Shown here one piece after another: positions 11,429-38,374 of a stretch of DNA of 64,000 bases; within the stretch, counting starts at the first letter, position 1, and each line of letters starts with the position of its first letter. Source of the stretch: Salpingoeca rosetta. Lineage: Eukaryota > Protista > Choanoflagellata. The notes under the pieces are model-generated. The model worked only from the letters and a program-made list of their open reading frames with translations. It was not told the DNA's origin and searched no databases. Location of the stretch: contig JAWQFM010000035.1 of NCBI GenBank assembly GCA_033442325.1, forward strand, positions 142,978 to 206,977, given 5' to 3'. Both the position numbers and the translations under genes were made by a program.

Positions 11429-11588
11429 AAACAACGACAACAACGACAAGGCAGACAACGATCAACCAGCGCTGTTGTTGTTGTGCTTGTGGACGTGTGT
11501 TGTTGTTGTGCTTGTGGACGTGTGTTGTGTTGTGTTGTGTTGTGTGTTGTGTGTATGTTGTGTTGTGTGTTGTGTGTTTGGCCTGGCC

Positions 11589-11690
11589 ATGGCGCACGTT
11601 CACCCATGCCAAGCACTTGCGCTCATTGCCCTCATCGTCATCTCCATCTCCATTTTGATGACCGGTAAGTTTTGTGTGTGTGTGTGTGTG

Positions 11691-11770
<80 letters not shown>

Positions 11771-11840
11771 CGTGTGTGTGTGTATGTATGTCCCAGTACT
11801 TCTCCGCTCTCTGTCCTCTGCAGCCAGTCTTGCAATCCTT

Positions 11841-11885
<45 letters not shown>

Positions 11886-13203
11886 AGACGCACACACAGA
11901 GACACACACACAGACACACACACACACACACACGTGCTCTCATGTCTGTCCATGCATGTCTTGTTCTCCATTCCATCGATCAAGGCATTGCTGTGTTGCG
12001 AGCGTCGGGTGGCGAGGACGATCTGTTTGAAGGGCCACACTGGAACCATCCGGGCGAGACGGTGGAGGCCCACGAACTCCTGGCGGCCAAATATGTGCGC
12101 GTTGAGAGCCACACCATCCGCAGCTCCGGCGGGAAGCTGGTCTCCGGCTGGCTTTGGGTCGACTTTCACGACAGGGTATTTGTACTCGTGATGGTGAATG
12201 TGTATGTGTGAATGTATGTGTGTGCGTTCGTGCGTTCGTGCGCGTGCAAATGTGTGTGCGTGTATGTAATTGTGCTTGTGCTTGTGCCTACATACACATA
12301 CACATACGCATCCGCGCGCGTGTGTGTGTGTCCTGACGTGCGCATGCTGTGTTCCATGACACGAGATGCTGTTGTCAGGCGTCATTTTTATGACTACGGC
12401 CACGCAATAACACCCGCTCAACCTTTATCACTTGCTCACCTGCTTCTTCACTCTTTGGCTGACGCGTTGTGCCTCTCTTTCCTTCACCACCTTTACCCAC
12501 CACCACCTCTATCTTCCATCCATCCATCACCACCTCCACCGCTCAACCGCTCCATCCGCAGGTGGACATCCTTGTGGAGGACGAGCACGGGCGCTTCCTG
12601 CTGTACCGCCAGACCAACTACGGGCTGCCTGGGCCGTCGCTCGCCGTGCTCTCCTCGCGGTTGGCGCAGCACGAGGACCCGCTCAAGGCCGCAAAGGACG
12701 AGCTTGCAAAGGAGATGGGCCGGCGCAGCCGCCACTGGGTCAACATGGGCACGTACCGCTCGGATGCCAACCGCGGCGGTGGGTTTGTGACGTGCTTCCT
12801 TGCCCGGCGATCAGAGAAGCTGGACGAGTCACAGCGGGTCTCCACCGACGACCTGGAGTCGAAGGAGCTCGTGCACCTCACACGACGGGAGCTGCGGCGC
12901 GCCGTGCTTGCAGGCAAGGTGCTGGAGGTGAAGTGGGCCAACACCATGGCGCTGGCACTCCTGCACCTGGAGCACATGGACGCAACAGCGGCAGCACAAC
13001 AGCAACAGCACCGGTATGGTGGCGGTGCAAGCAACACCAACAAAGACGGCGCGCGAAGGAGGGAGCGAAGTGACAGCGGCGGTGACAGCGGCGGTGGCGG
13101 TGGTGGCAGTGCAGCTGATAAACGACAACAACAACGACGACGACAACAACAACAACAGGAGCAACAGGAGCAGCCGAAGGAAGTTGGCACATTGCGCCTC
13201 TGA
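11589..13203 (+). CDS. Signal-peptide/TM-anchored Nudix-fold protein (ADP-ribose pyrophosphatase-like) with degenerate Nudix box; exons 11589-11664, 11985-12175, 12562-13203
   Basis: Hydrophobic N-terminus ALALIALIVISISILM; WLWVDFHDR|VDILV...FLLYRQTNYGL; box region SRLAQHEDPLKAAKDELAKEMG; YRSDANRGGG and DDLE motifs. Phases compatible. Confidence 0.8.
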
Positions 13204-13752
13204 CGTGTGATGTGTGCATGTGGGTTGTTTCCTCCTGTCTTTGCATCGACTCTAGAATTAGGACACTCTTGTACTATAAATAGGTCATCCGTTATGGATT
13301 GCAGACGTCACGCAAGAGGACAGCGCAATCACAACACAACACAACATCGCAAGCAACAAACAACGTGCACGCACCCGTCCTCATCAACCTTCTTCGTGCG
13401 TGCCGCACGTGGAGGTTAAACATCACCACCACCACACGGCAGCAATGGACAATCAATCTTGCTTGCGTCCAAACCTAGCCAGCCGGTCTGGTGTTGTGAG
13501 ACCTCCACCTCACGCACACACGCAAACGCACACACGCACCCTCCTGTCAGCATGAATCGTGTGACTTGAACATGGCATTTTCTTCACCACAAAGTCACGT
13601 CCACAACAAGCAGCGTCGGAGATCTAAAAGAAGAAGAAGAGCAGGCATCGTCGTTGTTCCATCCAAGACCACGCAAGCGACCAAGCAAGCGAGGGACCAA
13701 GCAAGCGAGGGACCAAGGGTGCTTCAAGCTTCCAACCGCTTCAACAGCAGCC

Positions 13753-14326
13753 ATGGATTTCAACCCAAGGAGCTCTGGGACCGCCAACGTGCAGCTGCCG
13801 GAACGCGGCATGCCAAAAGTGGCGCCACCGAGTGAAGTGAAGAAGTTTACCGTGGATGCCTCACGCTGGGGCCTTCCAGGCCTCACCGCCCGCCTCAAGC
13901 CCAGCATGCACGCCAAGGCTGCCGATCCCACCTGGTGCGTTGGTGTGGCAGGAGAACGTGTTTGTTTTCATATTTGTACCTGCTTGCTTGGTTTGTTTAC
14001 ACTTGGACCTGCGTGGTTTGTTTACATTGTGCCTGCTTGGTTTGTTTACGTTTGTTTACATTTGTACCTGCTTGCTTGGTTTGTTTACATTTGTGCCGCG
14101 CTTCTGCTCACGTCATGGATCCCCTCCTCCCTGATCCCCTCTTCTCTCACCCACTGTGCATGTCCATTGCACGTGTGCTTGCAGCCTGCAAAACGGCGCG
14201 ACGGTGGAGGGCCGACTGTCGCTGATACATCCGGGATGGGTTCAGCTGGAAAACGGCACGTGGATCCCCACAAAGCAGCGCGGACACAACGTGCTCCAAG
14301 AACAGGACCCAAACATCAAGATGTAA
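13753..14326 (+). CDS. Small 107-aa protein, possible bacterial SH3b-like fold; exons 13753-13934, 14185-14326
   Basis: A phase-2 GT-AG intron gives LTARLKPSMHAKAADPTCLQNGATVEGRLSLIHPGWVQLENGTWIP. Confidence 0.6.
13958..14096. repeat. Intronic minisatellite, ~29-bp unit (tgcttgcttggtttgtttacatttgtacc), about 5 degenerate copies
   Basis: Recurring ggtttgtttaca core. Confidence 0.8.
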
Positions 14327-15181
14327 ATGTCAACCTGTAACCCTCTCCCTCCCTGTCTCTCTCTCTCTCTCTGTGTGTTTGTGTCCCTGCCTCTGTCTCC
14401 GTACTTGCTGTTCCCGGACTTTTGTCCGTGATGTGTGCGTGAAGGTTGTCTGTATGACAAACCCCCTTTAAATGTCCCCATTCCTCTCCTCTCTTCTGTG
14501 TTGTGCGTGTGCGCGTGCGTGTGCGCGTGCATGTGCGCGTGCGCGTTCCCCTCTCTGAAGCATTGTCGTATTTGACTGCGCTACTTGCGCAAATGATTGA
14601 CGTGCCTGGCACTTCTCCGTACGGCCATCCTCTTGTGTCTCACTTTGCCCAGAGCGCACGTGCTTGTGTGTGTGCGTGTGTGTGTGTGTGTGTGCTTGTG
14701 TGCGTGTGTGTTTATGGGTGGTTATGTTTGTGCGTGTGTGTTCTTGCGTGTGAGTTGATCTCGCAGTGTCTCCCCTTCCCCACCTCCGCGTAACAATAAA
14801 CGTGTTGCCCTCATGTCAGCACCAACAGCACTGGCTTGCGTGCTCCAAACCAGCGAGTAGTGTACCCATATGGGTTGTGTATTCGGTGTGAACGACCGTC
14901 CACGGTGGAGAAGAGAAAAGGACCGCAGTGCAGTGAAGCAGCGTCAACAGGATGACACACAAACAGCACAGTGGCTCCACACAACACAAACAAGCACGTG
15001 GAAGGGCGAGCGTGTCAGATGTCACCTCACGTCACCATGCACACAGCGCACATGTGTTCACCACCAACCAATCAACACCTCCTTCCACGCTGTGCTCATG
15101 CCCTTGCATCCACGTGTAAGGTGGAGGGACGGAAGGAGGAGTGGGAGGAGTGTGGGTGGTGGTGCGTGGCATAGCATGGCC

Positions 15182-18540
<3,359 letters not shown>

Positions 18541-18742
18541 GGTTGGTGTGTCAGAGGTGGTGTCAGTGAACGCGAGCGAGTGGCTGTCAGCTGAAAGATG
18601 GCGATTGTAGAGAAGTTGTGAATGTTCTCCATTGATTTTCTCGGCCGACGGAAGGTGATCACCTTCCATTTCCCTCTCCCCCACACCCACCCACACACAG
18701 ACACACACACACACACCCACCCACACACACCCACCCACACAC

Positions 18743-18838
<96 letters not shown>

Positions 18839-18860
18839 ACGCACTCGGTTAAACACCACG

Positions 18861-19949
18861 ATGCGGCGGATCATCTTGTGGACGTGCCCGCGATGCGTGA
18901 GCACAGCGTTTGAGCGCTGCTTCATCGGCGTAGAGGGGGTGAAGGTGTTCCATGAGCCCTACGGAAACCCGTTTTATTACGGCGCGGATCGCGTTCACCC
19001 TCGCTTCGCGTTGCAGCACGAGCACACCACAAGGTGGCAACAACAACAGCAGCAGCAGCAGCAGCAGCGGCAACGGAAGCAGGAAGAGGGCGCAGATCAG
19101 GCAGACAAGCAGCAAGGAGGTGTGGTCACGCCCGATCACCCACCCGAGGCACAAACACCGGAGGCCGTTGGGTTCGCGCCTGGCATGGACACCTTTGATG
19201 GCGTGCTTGCAGCGCTGCGTGCCGACTATCCGGGTTTCCACACGGTGTTCTCAAAGGACATGGCCTACTACCTGCGCAACAAGATGAACGCCAAATACCT
19301 TCGCGGCTTTCAGCACACGCTCCTGATGCGCCACCCCTGCAAGACGGCCCTGTCGCTGTGGACGAAGAGCCGGTGTGAGCCCGACACGGGCGCCCCCAAC
19401 GCCAGCACGGGCTGGACGTTCTTCGACGTTCGTGATCTCGGCTATCGCGAGCTGTACGACATTGCCGACTTTGTTCTCAACCACCGAGAGGAGCAGCAAC
19501 AACAGGACGGGGCGGACGGTGACCAGGTGCCAGGCAGTGACGCACAGCAGGCATCCTCGTCGTCGCCATCGTCGTCGCCACCACCTGCTGTCGTGATTGT
19601 GGATGCAGACGACCTCTTGCTGGATCCAAGTGGAATGATGCGCGCGTACTGCGCAGCGACCGGCCTGCCGTACGACGCCGGCATGCTCACGTGGGAGCCC
19701 GGCCCCGTGGAGGCGTGGAACACGTGGCCCGGGTGGCACGACGATGCGCTGCGCTCCACGGGACTGCAGAAACGCGAGCACCGGAAGCCCGCGCCGAGCG
19801 TGGCAGAGGTGGTGGCTGCGATGAAGGCGGACGTGTGCACGCTTCCACACCACCACGAGCACTACAACTGGCAGGAGATCCAGGCTGAGCTGCAGCACGC
19901 AGTTGATTTGTACGGGAAGCTCTATGCACACGCACTCAAGCTGGAGTGA
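18861..19949 (+). CDS. Intronless sulfotransferase-like P-loop protein (Sulfotransfer_5 type / N-terminal domain of BCAT-like proteins)
   Basis: LWTCPRCVSTAFER, HEPY, FSKDMAY, HTLLMRHP, VDADDL, YCxxxGLPY, MLTW, WHDDALRSTG. Confidence 0.85.
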   Translation: MRRIILWTCPRCVSTAFERCFIGVEGVKVFHEPYGNPFYYGADRVHPRFALQHEHTTRWQQQQQQQQQQRQRKQEEGADQADKQQGGVVTPDHPPEAQTPEAVGFAPGMDTFDGVLAALRADYPGFHTVFSKDMAYYLRNKMNAKYLRGFQHTLLMRHPCKTALSLWTKSRCEPDTGAPNASTGWTFFDVRDLGYRELYDIADFVLNHREEQQQQDGADGDQVPGSDAQQASSSSPSSSPPPAVVIVDADDLLLDPSGMMRAYCAATGLPYDAGMLTWEPGPVEAWNTWPGWHDDALRSTGLQKREHRKPAPSVAEVVAAMKADVCTLPHHHEHYNWQEIQAELQHAVDLYGKLYAHALKLE

Positions 19950-20559
19950 GCGAGTGCCAGAGTTGAGATGGAGGAGGAGGAACGTGTATTCATTTCATTT
20001 CATGCATGCTCCCAACATCATCGTTAACAATGCTTCTCGCATGCTGTTACAACGACTTTGTTTGCTTCCTTGCTTGCGTGTCGTTACATGTTGCTTGCTG
20101 TGAGTTGGTTGCGCGCAAGTTGCACTGTATGTAACTCTGGGAACGACCAGTCAGGTAGACCAAGAAGAATGCAACAAGACACACGTGCACCGGCAAAAGG
20201 AGGCGCGTGGTGCGTACCAACAACAAGACCAAGAAGATCAAGAACGAATCAACAAGAACAACACAGGTGTGAAGGTAGACAAAAGGGCGACTGGGGATGG
20301 AACGATGACAGGAAGGACACGAAAGAACAGGGGGCAACACGCCAAGTGCGGGCAACAGAGGTTGTGGTGCTGCTGCTTGAGAGAAGCGGTGTGGTCTCAC
20401 GCAGCAAAGTAGGAAGAAGAACAAAAGAGCAACGCAACGAAGCAGCAAGCCAACAAACCCGCGCAGCAAGACAATGGTTGAGGGGGTGGTTGTCGGAGAG
20501 AGCAGACGTACTGTCAGCAGGCGAGGAGGAGTGCAAGTACGACGGTGGTTTGAATCACA

Positions 20560-20818
20560 TCACTGCGGCACCGCAAAGTCGAAGTCCGCAAACGCCTGCA
20601 AAGTTTATGGAGTCGAAAGAGGCAGTGGGAGGGGGCGAAGGAGGTCGAAAATTAAGGGGGCAGAACGGCAGACATACAAGGTAGACAAGGTAGACAAGGC
20701 AGACACACACACAGACAGGCAGTCACACACACACACACCCACACACACACCCACACACACAGACACAGACACAGACACAGACACACACAGACACAGACAC
20801 AGACACAGACACAGACAC

Positions 20819-20892
<74 letters not shown>

Positions 20893-21209
20893 TCTGGTCG
20901 ATGTCCTTGATGGCAGCCTTTGGGATTGGGGTGAGGTGCACCTTTTCGCGCGTGAATTCGCGGTCGAAGTTGGCTGTTGGATCCCGAGACGAAGGGGGCT
21001 TGAATGGGGGCTTCACCTGATGTGATGTCACGTGGGTGGGGGTGATGGTTGATGTTGGCAATGGAGGAGCGGGTGAATGAGTACAGCAGAGTCAGGCAAT
21101 AAACGAAACACAAGAAGTAAAACGTATCAAGGAGGGTGCACATAGTGACACGGGCCAGCAGACAACAGGCGGGCAGTCATGTGCACACCGCCACCACCAC
21201 CACCACCAC

Positions 21210-21257
<48 letters not shown>

Positions 21258-23342
21258 GAACAAGAACAAGAACAAGAACAAGAACAACAAGAACAAGAAC
21301 AACAACAACAACAAACGACGACGACAACCACCACCCGGTGCATCGAGTCGGCGCACCTGTCTGGCCTTGAGTTTGTCCCAGTCCATGTGGCGATAGAAGG
21401 GGTGATCCATAATGTCACGCCGGCCCGATGGCCCGCAGCCAAGACGCGAGGAGGGGCGCTTCTGCATCAGCTGTTGGCAGGGAGAGACAGGGAGAGGTGT
21501 TTGAAGGACAAAAAAAAAAGGGGGGGGGGAAGAGGAATGAGCGGTGAACGCATGTGAGGTGAGTTGTGATTGTGGTTTGCGTGCAACGTGACGGCAGACG
21601 CGTGTTGTGCAAGGGAAAAGACAGACAGTGCAGGCAGACAAGAGAGACGGGCACACACACACACACACACAGACACAGACACAGACACAGACACAGACAC
21701 AGACACACACATACACAGACAGACAGACAGACACCCCACGACCACCACGACCAAGCATCATTGCCGTACCCCGCGGAGGAGGGAGGCTGCGGCGGTGGGG
21801 ACACCGCTGGGAATACGGATGTCCTTTGCAATGACGTTGTCGAACAACTCGTCATCGTCAGCGCCGTCAAACGGAGGGCGGCCAATGAGCATTTCATACA
21901 GCAGCACACCGAGCGCCCAGAAGTCGACAGACTTGTTGTACGGCATCCCGTGGATGATCTCGGGCGCAATGTAGTCTGTTGGAACCAAAAAAAAGGAGGG
22001 AGGGGCAAAGGTACAAGGGGAGTGGTGATGTGATGTGATGGCAGATGGCGTGAGGGGAGTTACGTGAAGATGCATAAGCACAGCAGCACGTGGGTGACAA
22101 CTGCCACTGTTGCTGAGCACAGCAGACCACCACCACGACCACCACGACCAGCAGCGTACCTGGGGTGCCGCAGAATGTGCCGGTCGTCTGGTCCGGCAGC
22201 ATGCCCTCCTTGCACATGCCCATGTCCGTGATCTGCTCGACCGTTGCCCCAGGGGAGAGGAGGAGGGACGCAGGGAAGAGAGGGGGGGGGAGGCGCGATG
22301 TCAGTGGCGCGAGAGGGACAAGATCAAGGTACAACGGGGCCAGCAGCGCACGTGCACGCGAGCAAACGAGGGATGCCTGCAAGCAACGGCAGTGCATGAG
22401 GAGGAAAGGGGGGGGGGGCGTCGTCACCTTGATGTGGCCGTCCTGGTCCAGCATGACGTTGTCGAGCTTCAGATCACTGCACAGCGCAATGGCCAATGTG
22501 GCGGTGAATTGAGCGGTGGTCGTGGTGGATTGAGGGACAAGGTGACGAGTTGAGCGAGCGGGCATACCATGTTACAACTCAACGCGAACCAGGGACACAA
22601 CCAAAGAAACAAAGACACAAAACGTATACCACCAGCAGCGATGTACTGAAACGAACACCACCACCAGCACCAGCACCAGCACCAGCAATGTACGACTGAC
22701 CGGTGGACAATGCCGCGGTCGTGGAGGAACCAGAGTCCTTCCAGGATCTCGGCACCATAAAATGCAGTCGCAATCTCGCCAAAGCGGCCTTGACGCTGAT
22801 GGTGGTGATGATGATGATGGTGGTGATGATGATGATGTGTTGGTGGCGATGGTGATTTCAGAGAGGACGGTGGTGAAGGACAGGATGGCGGTGGACAGGT
22901 TGCATGGGGAATGCAAAATGAACACACACGTGAATGAAGGGCAAGGGTATCTATCACCACACCACCGTTGTTGCAAACCCCCCCCCCCCACACACGGCCA
23001 TCACCACGGGGGGACGGACCTGGATGTGGAACATGAGATCGCCACCGGAAATAAATTCCATCACGAAGAAGAGGCGGTCCTTCGACTGCGCAGCGAAACC
23101 CAACAGTGATGCATGGGGATGGAGATGGATGAGAAAGGAGGAGAGAGGGGGGAGGGGTTGGAGGAAATTGCACAAGTTGACGAGGCACCGATTCACCAAC
23201 ACACAGACACAGATACACAGATGAGCACGCAGACATGCCCACACACCCACATGTTCACACCATGACCACTGCTAGTGACCTGGAAGGCGGCCTCGAGGTG
23301 GACGAGGAAGGGGCAGCCGTTTCCTTCCGCGAGGACGCGGCG
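20560..23342 (-). CDS. Protein kinase C-like AGC kinase, 5'-truncated (begins just after the alphaC Glu), 9 exons
   Basis: [80 protein letters not shown], and a terminal FADFDF. No Gly-loop or VAIK exon found. Confidence 0.85.
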
Positions 23343-23381
23343 CTGACGACGAAGGAGCGGAAAGACAACACCACTCCAAAT

Positions 23382-23461
<80 letters not shown>

Positions 23462-23472
23462 CGCATTGTGTT

Positions 23473-35000
<11,528 letters not shown>

Positions 35001-35001
35001 G

Positions 35002-35097
35002 GCAAGCGGCGACAACTGCTACGCTCTTCCAAGCGGCGACTGCTACTCTCTTCCAAGCGGCGACAACTGCTGTCTCTTCCAAGCGACTGCTACTCTC
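35002..35097. repeat. Roughly 21-27-bp tandem repeat (ctcttccaagcggcgac[aac]tgcta), about 4 copies, abutting the ERCC6 start codon
   Basis: Recurring caagcggcgac...tgct...ctcttc. Confidence 0.8.
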
Positions 35098-35288
35098 CTC
35101 ACACACACACACACGCACACACGCACACGCACACACGCACACACACACCAAGCACGCAACCACGTTGACAGAGCACGCTGCGCTGCAACAAACTCGCCTT
35201 GTGTGTGGTGTGTCAGCCGTGGGTGATTGCAGATAATTAGCATAAATGTAAGTAATTTTCTACAACTGCCATCAAGCAGGCGACGATA

Positions 35289-36101
35289 ATGACGGGAGGA
35301 ACAGCAGGAACACGGTCCGTGTTGGTGTGTTTGGTGGTGGTGCTTGCACTGAGTTCAGTGGGTGCACAGGAGCAGGAACAGCAGCAGCTGTGGCAGGAAC
35401 AGCAGCAGTATGGCAGTGATGTTTATGGTCATGAAATCGACGCTGCTGCTGGTCTTGACGACGTTGAGTTCGACGTAAGAATGCAGCGTTGCAAGGGTGG
35501 AGGTGTTGGAGGTGTTGGAAGTGCAAAGTGTGCTTGTTGTTGTTGTTAGCGTGGTTGTGGTCGCTGCTGTTGTTGTCCTTCAATGATGCCATTTGAGCAG
35601 CCAGTTCATGGCAATGATGCGGGTGCATGAACACGTGTGCTTGGTATCTTGTTGTAACCTGAGCAGCCAGAGGCATTCGCCGTGGAGTATCTGAGGTTTA
35701 CCCCGTCAAAGGTCAAGCTCCACCCTCCCGACGGCGGCATCATCATCATTACACGTGTGTGTGTGCGTGCGTGGGTGTGGATGTGTATGAGTGAGCGAGT
35801 GAGTGAGTGTGTGTGTGGATGTGTTTGTGCATGAATGCGTGTGAGCATGTGTGTAGTCCTTATGCTTGTGGGTATTATTGAGGCTTACGCCCTTGTGCGT
35901 GCATGTTCGTCGCAGTTGGGCTGGTTGTGGGTGCTGGGCTCTCGGACGACCCAACGCAGCTGTATCCGCCGCAAGCAATGATGACAACGGCCACCGGGAA
36001 GCCGCTCATGGCATTCATCACGCCCGAAACGCGGGTCTCCGGCAACGAGCAATACGGACATTACAGAATGTGCGCATGTGTGTGTGTGTGTGTGTGTGTG
36101 T

Positions 36102-36192
<91 letters not shown>

Positions 36193-37020
36193 GGGCGAGG
36201 GAAGGCGTCGCGTGCTTGTACTTCTCGTGCGTGCACTTGTGTTGGTCGCTGACATCTGCAGTTGGTGACGTTTGCAAAATTCACCGATGGGCCATGTGCC
36301 GTCTGTTCGTGCACTGCAGCGAGGTGCCCGTGCCGCTGTGGAACGTTGGCGACGGCGACTACAAGCTCGAGTTTGTGTACGTCGTGGACAAGCAAGGTAT
36401 GCGGATATACATATATGTGTGTGTGGTGTGTGTTGTGTGTGTGTTGTGTGTGCGTGTGTGTGGTGTGTGTGGTGTGTGTTGTGTGTGTTGCTGCTTGTAA
36501 CTGTGACAGCCCAGAACACGTTTGGACGTGCACATGCACACACGTCTGTTCCCCTGCTCACGGTAATCACCAACACCAACGCATGCCCTGCTCCACTGTT
36601 ACCTGCCCTTCCTCGCACGACTCCATGTACTGCGTGTGTCTGCACAACTGCAGGGCGGGACGGGTATTTCATGGCCGATGATCTCGCTGCATATGGGATG
36701 GAGACCACAGTCACCGTCACGGGCGCACGCGCAGGTGTGCACGCGTGTATGTACATGTGTGTTTGCGTATGCACACGTGTGCATGTGTGAATGTATTCGA
36801 CATTGTGTGTTCACAGGATACGCTGGGATTGCTCACAAAGTCCCTGACACACACGACACACATCACACACCACACGCCGACTCCTGCGCGCATCTGTGCA
36901 TGTGTGTGTGTGTATTTGTGTGTATATGTGTGTGTGTATATGTGTGTATATGTGTATATGTGTATATGTGTGTGTATGTGTGTGTATATTTATGTGTGTG
37001 TGTATATGTGTGTATATATT

Positions 37021-37054
<34 letters not shown>

Positions 37055-37950
37055 CTCGTCCCCACCGCTGCTGCTCGGGCTGAGCGCACGACAGGAGGAC
37101 GTGTGCACGCGGGATGTGGAGTTGCGACGCGATGAGCTCACGCAGGAGGCGCCCTGTCCCGTCTCCGTCACCCTCGTCGTCAGAGGTGTGCTGATGTGTG
37201 TGTATGTGTAAGGGGGGCGTATTGCAGTGCTTTGCTTGAAAGGATGACACGCGGGCGTGGTGAAACGCTGCAAGACAAACCTCTGTTAATGCATGCACAT
37301 GCACACAAATTCACAAATTCACAACTTCACGCGCTCACTCATCGTGACACGTGTTCAGAGACTGGCGGGTCTGGGTTGAGCTCGCGGGTGTATGGGGGAC
37401 TGTATGAGCTTTCACGTGTGACTCTCGCAAGCACACACGCGCCCGCAATACAGACCGTATGTTTTGAGTCGAGTCTCGTGTGCGCTGTGTGCGTGTGTGT
37501 GTGTGTGTGTGTGCGTGTGCGTGCGTGTGTGTTGTGTGTGTGTGCATGTGTGTGTGTGTGTGTGTGTGTGCGTGTGTGTGTGTGTGCGTGTGCGTGTGTG
37601 CGTGTGTATGTGTGCCGGCGCACATGGGTGGTGAAGTTGAAGGAAGAGGTGATAGCATTGTGCGTGCTGGGACTGCTTGTATCTTCATGCCTTCCCTGCT
37701 CACGACGACATAAACACACACACACACGCGCGCGCGCATGCAGGTGTCTGAGTATGTGTTGCCTGCAAGCATTGATGTGGAGGCGACAAAGGCGATGGAG
37801 CTGCAGGGCGCCATCGTCGTCACCGTGCACGTGCACATGCCGTTTTGGGTTTGGCCAGGCGGCTGGGAGGTGAGTGCATGAGTGGTGGTCGAAGCGGTGT
37901 TGCTGTTGTTTAAGTTGTTGTTGTTGTTGTTGTTTAAGTTGTTGTTCAAG

Positions 37951-37984
<34 letters not shown>

Positions 37985-38314
37985 AGTTGTTGTTTAAGTT
38001 GTTGTTTAAGAAGTTGTTGTTTAAGTTGTTGTTGTTGTTGTTGTCGTCGACTCAGGCCCTTGCCGCGACTGTCGTCGCCACTGCATCTGCCACTCATTCA
38101 ACCACCCATCCTCCGTCACCACCACCACCACCACCACCACCACCACCAACACCAACACCGCCATACAGGTGCGGGAGGTGCTGTTGGTTGATGGTGCCGG
38201 AAACAGCAACTTGTGGGAGCGAACTGAGCTCGCGGCGATGAAGACATTCACCACCCTCTTCACCGTGCACAACGCAAACCTCACATATGTTGGCGAGGAC
38301 TTGTTCGACTACCT

Positions 38315-38374
<60 letters not shown>

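Noticed and set aside
13654-14340. 228-aa ORF with an apparent hydrophobic repeat (AWFVY)
   Set aside because: The hydrophobic part is the intronic minisatellite; the spliced model changes frame.
35002-35097. Possible CRISPR-like array
   Set aside because: Tandem units without unique spacers, eukaryotic context, no cas genes.
37898-38045. (GTT)n tract punctuated by TTAA, giving a QQQLK-repeat ORF on the minus strand
   Set aside because: Lies within a GT-AG intron of the plus-strand gene; simple repeat with no transposon ends.
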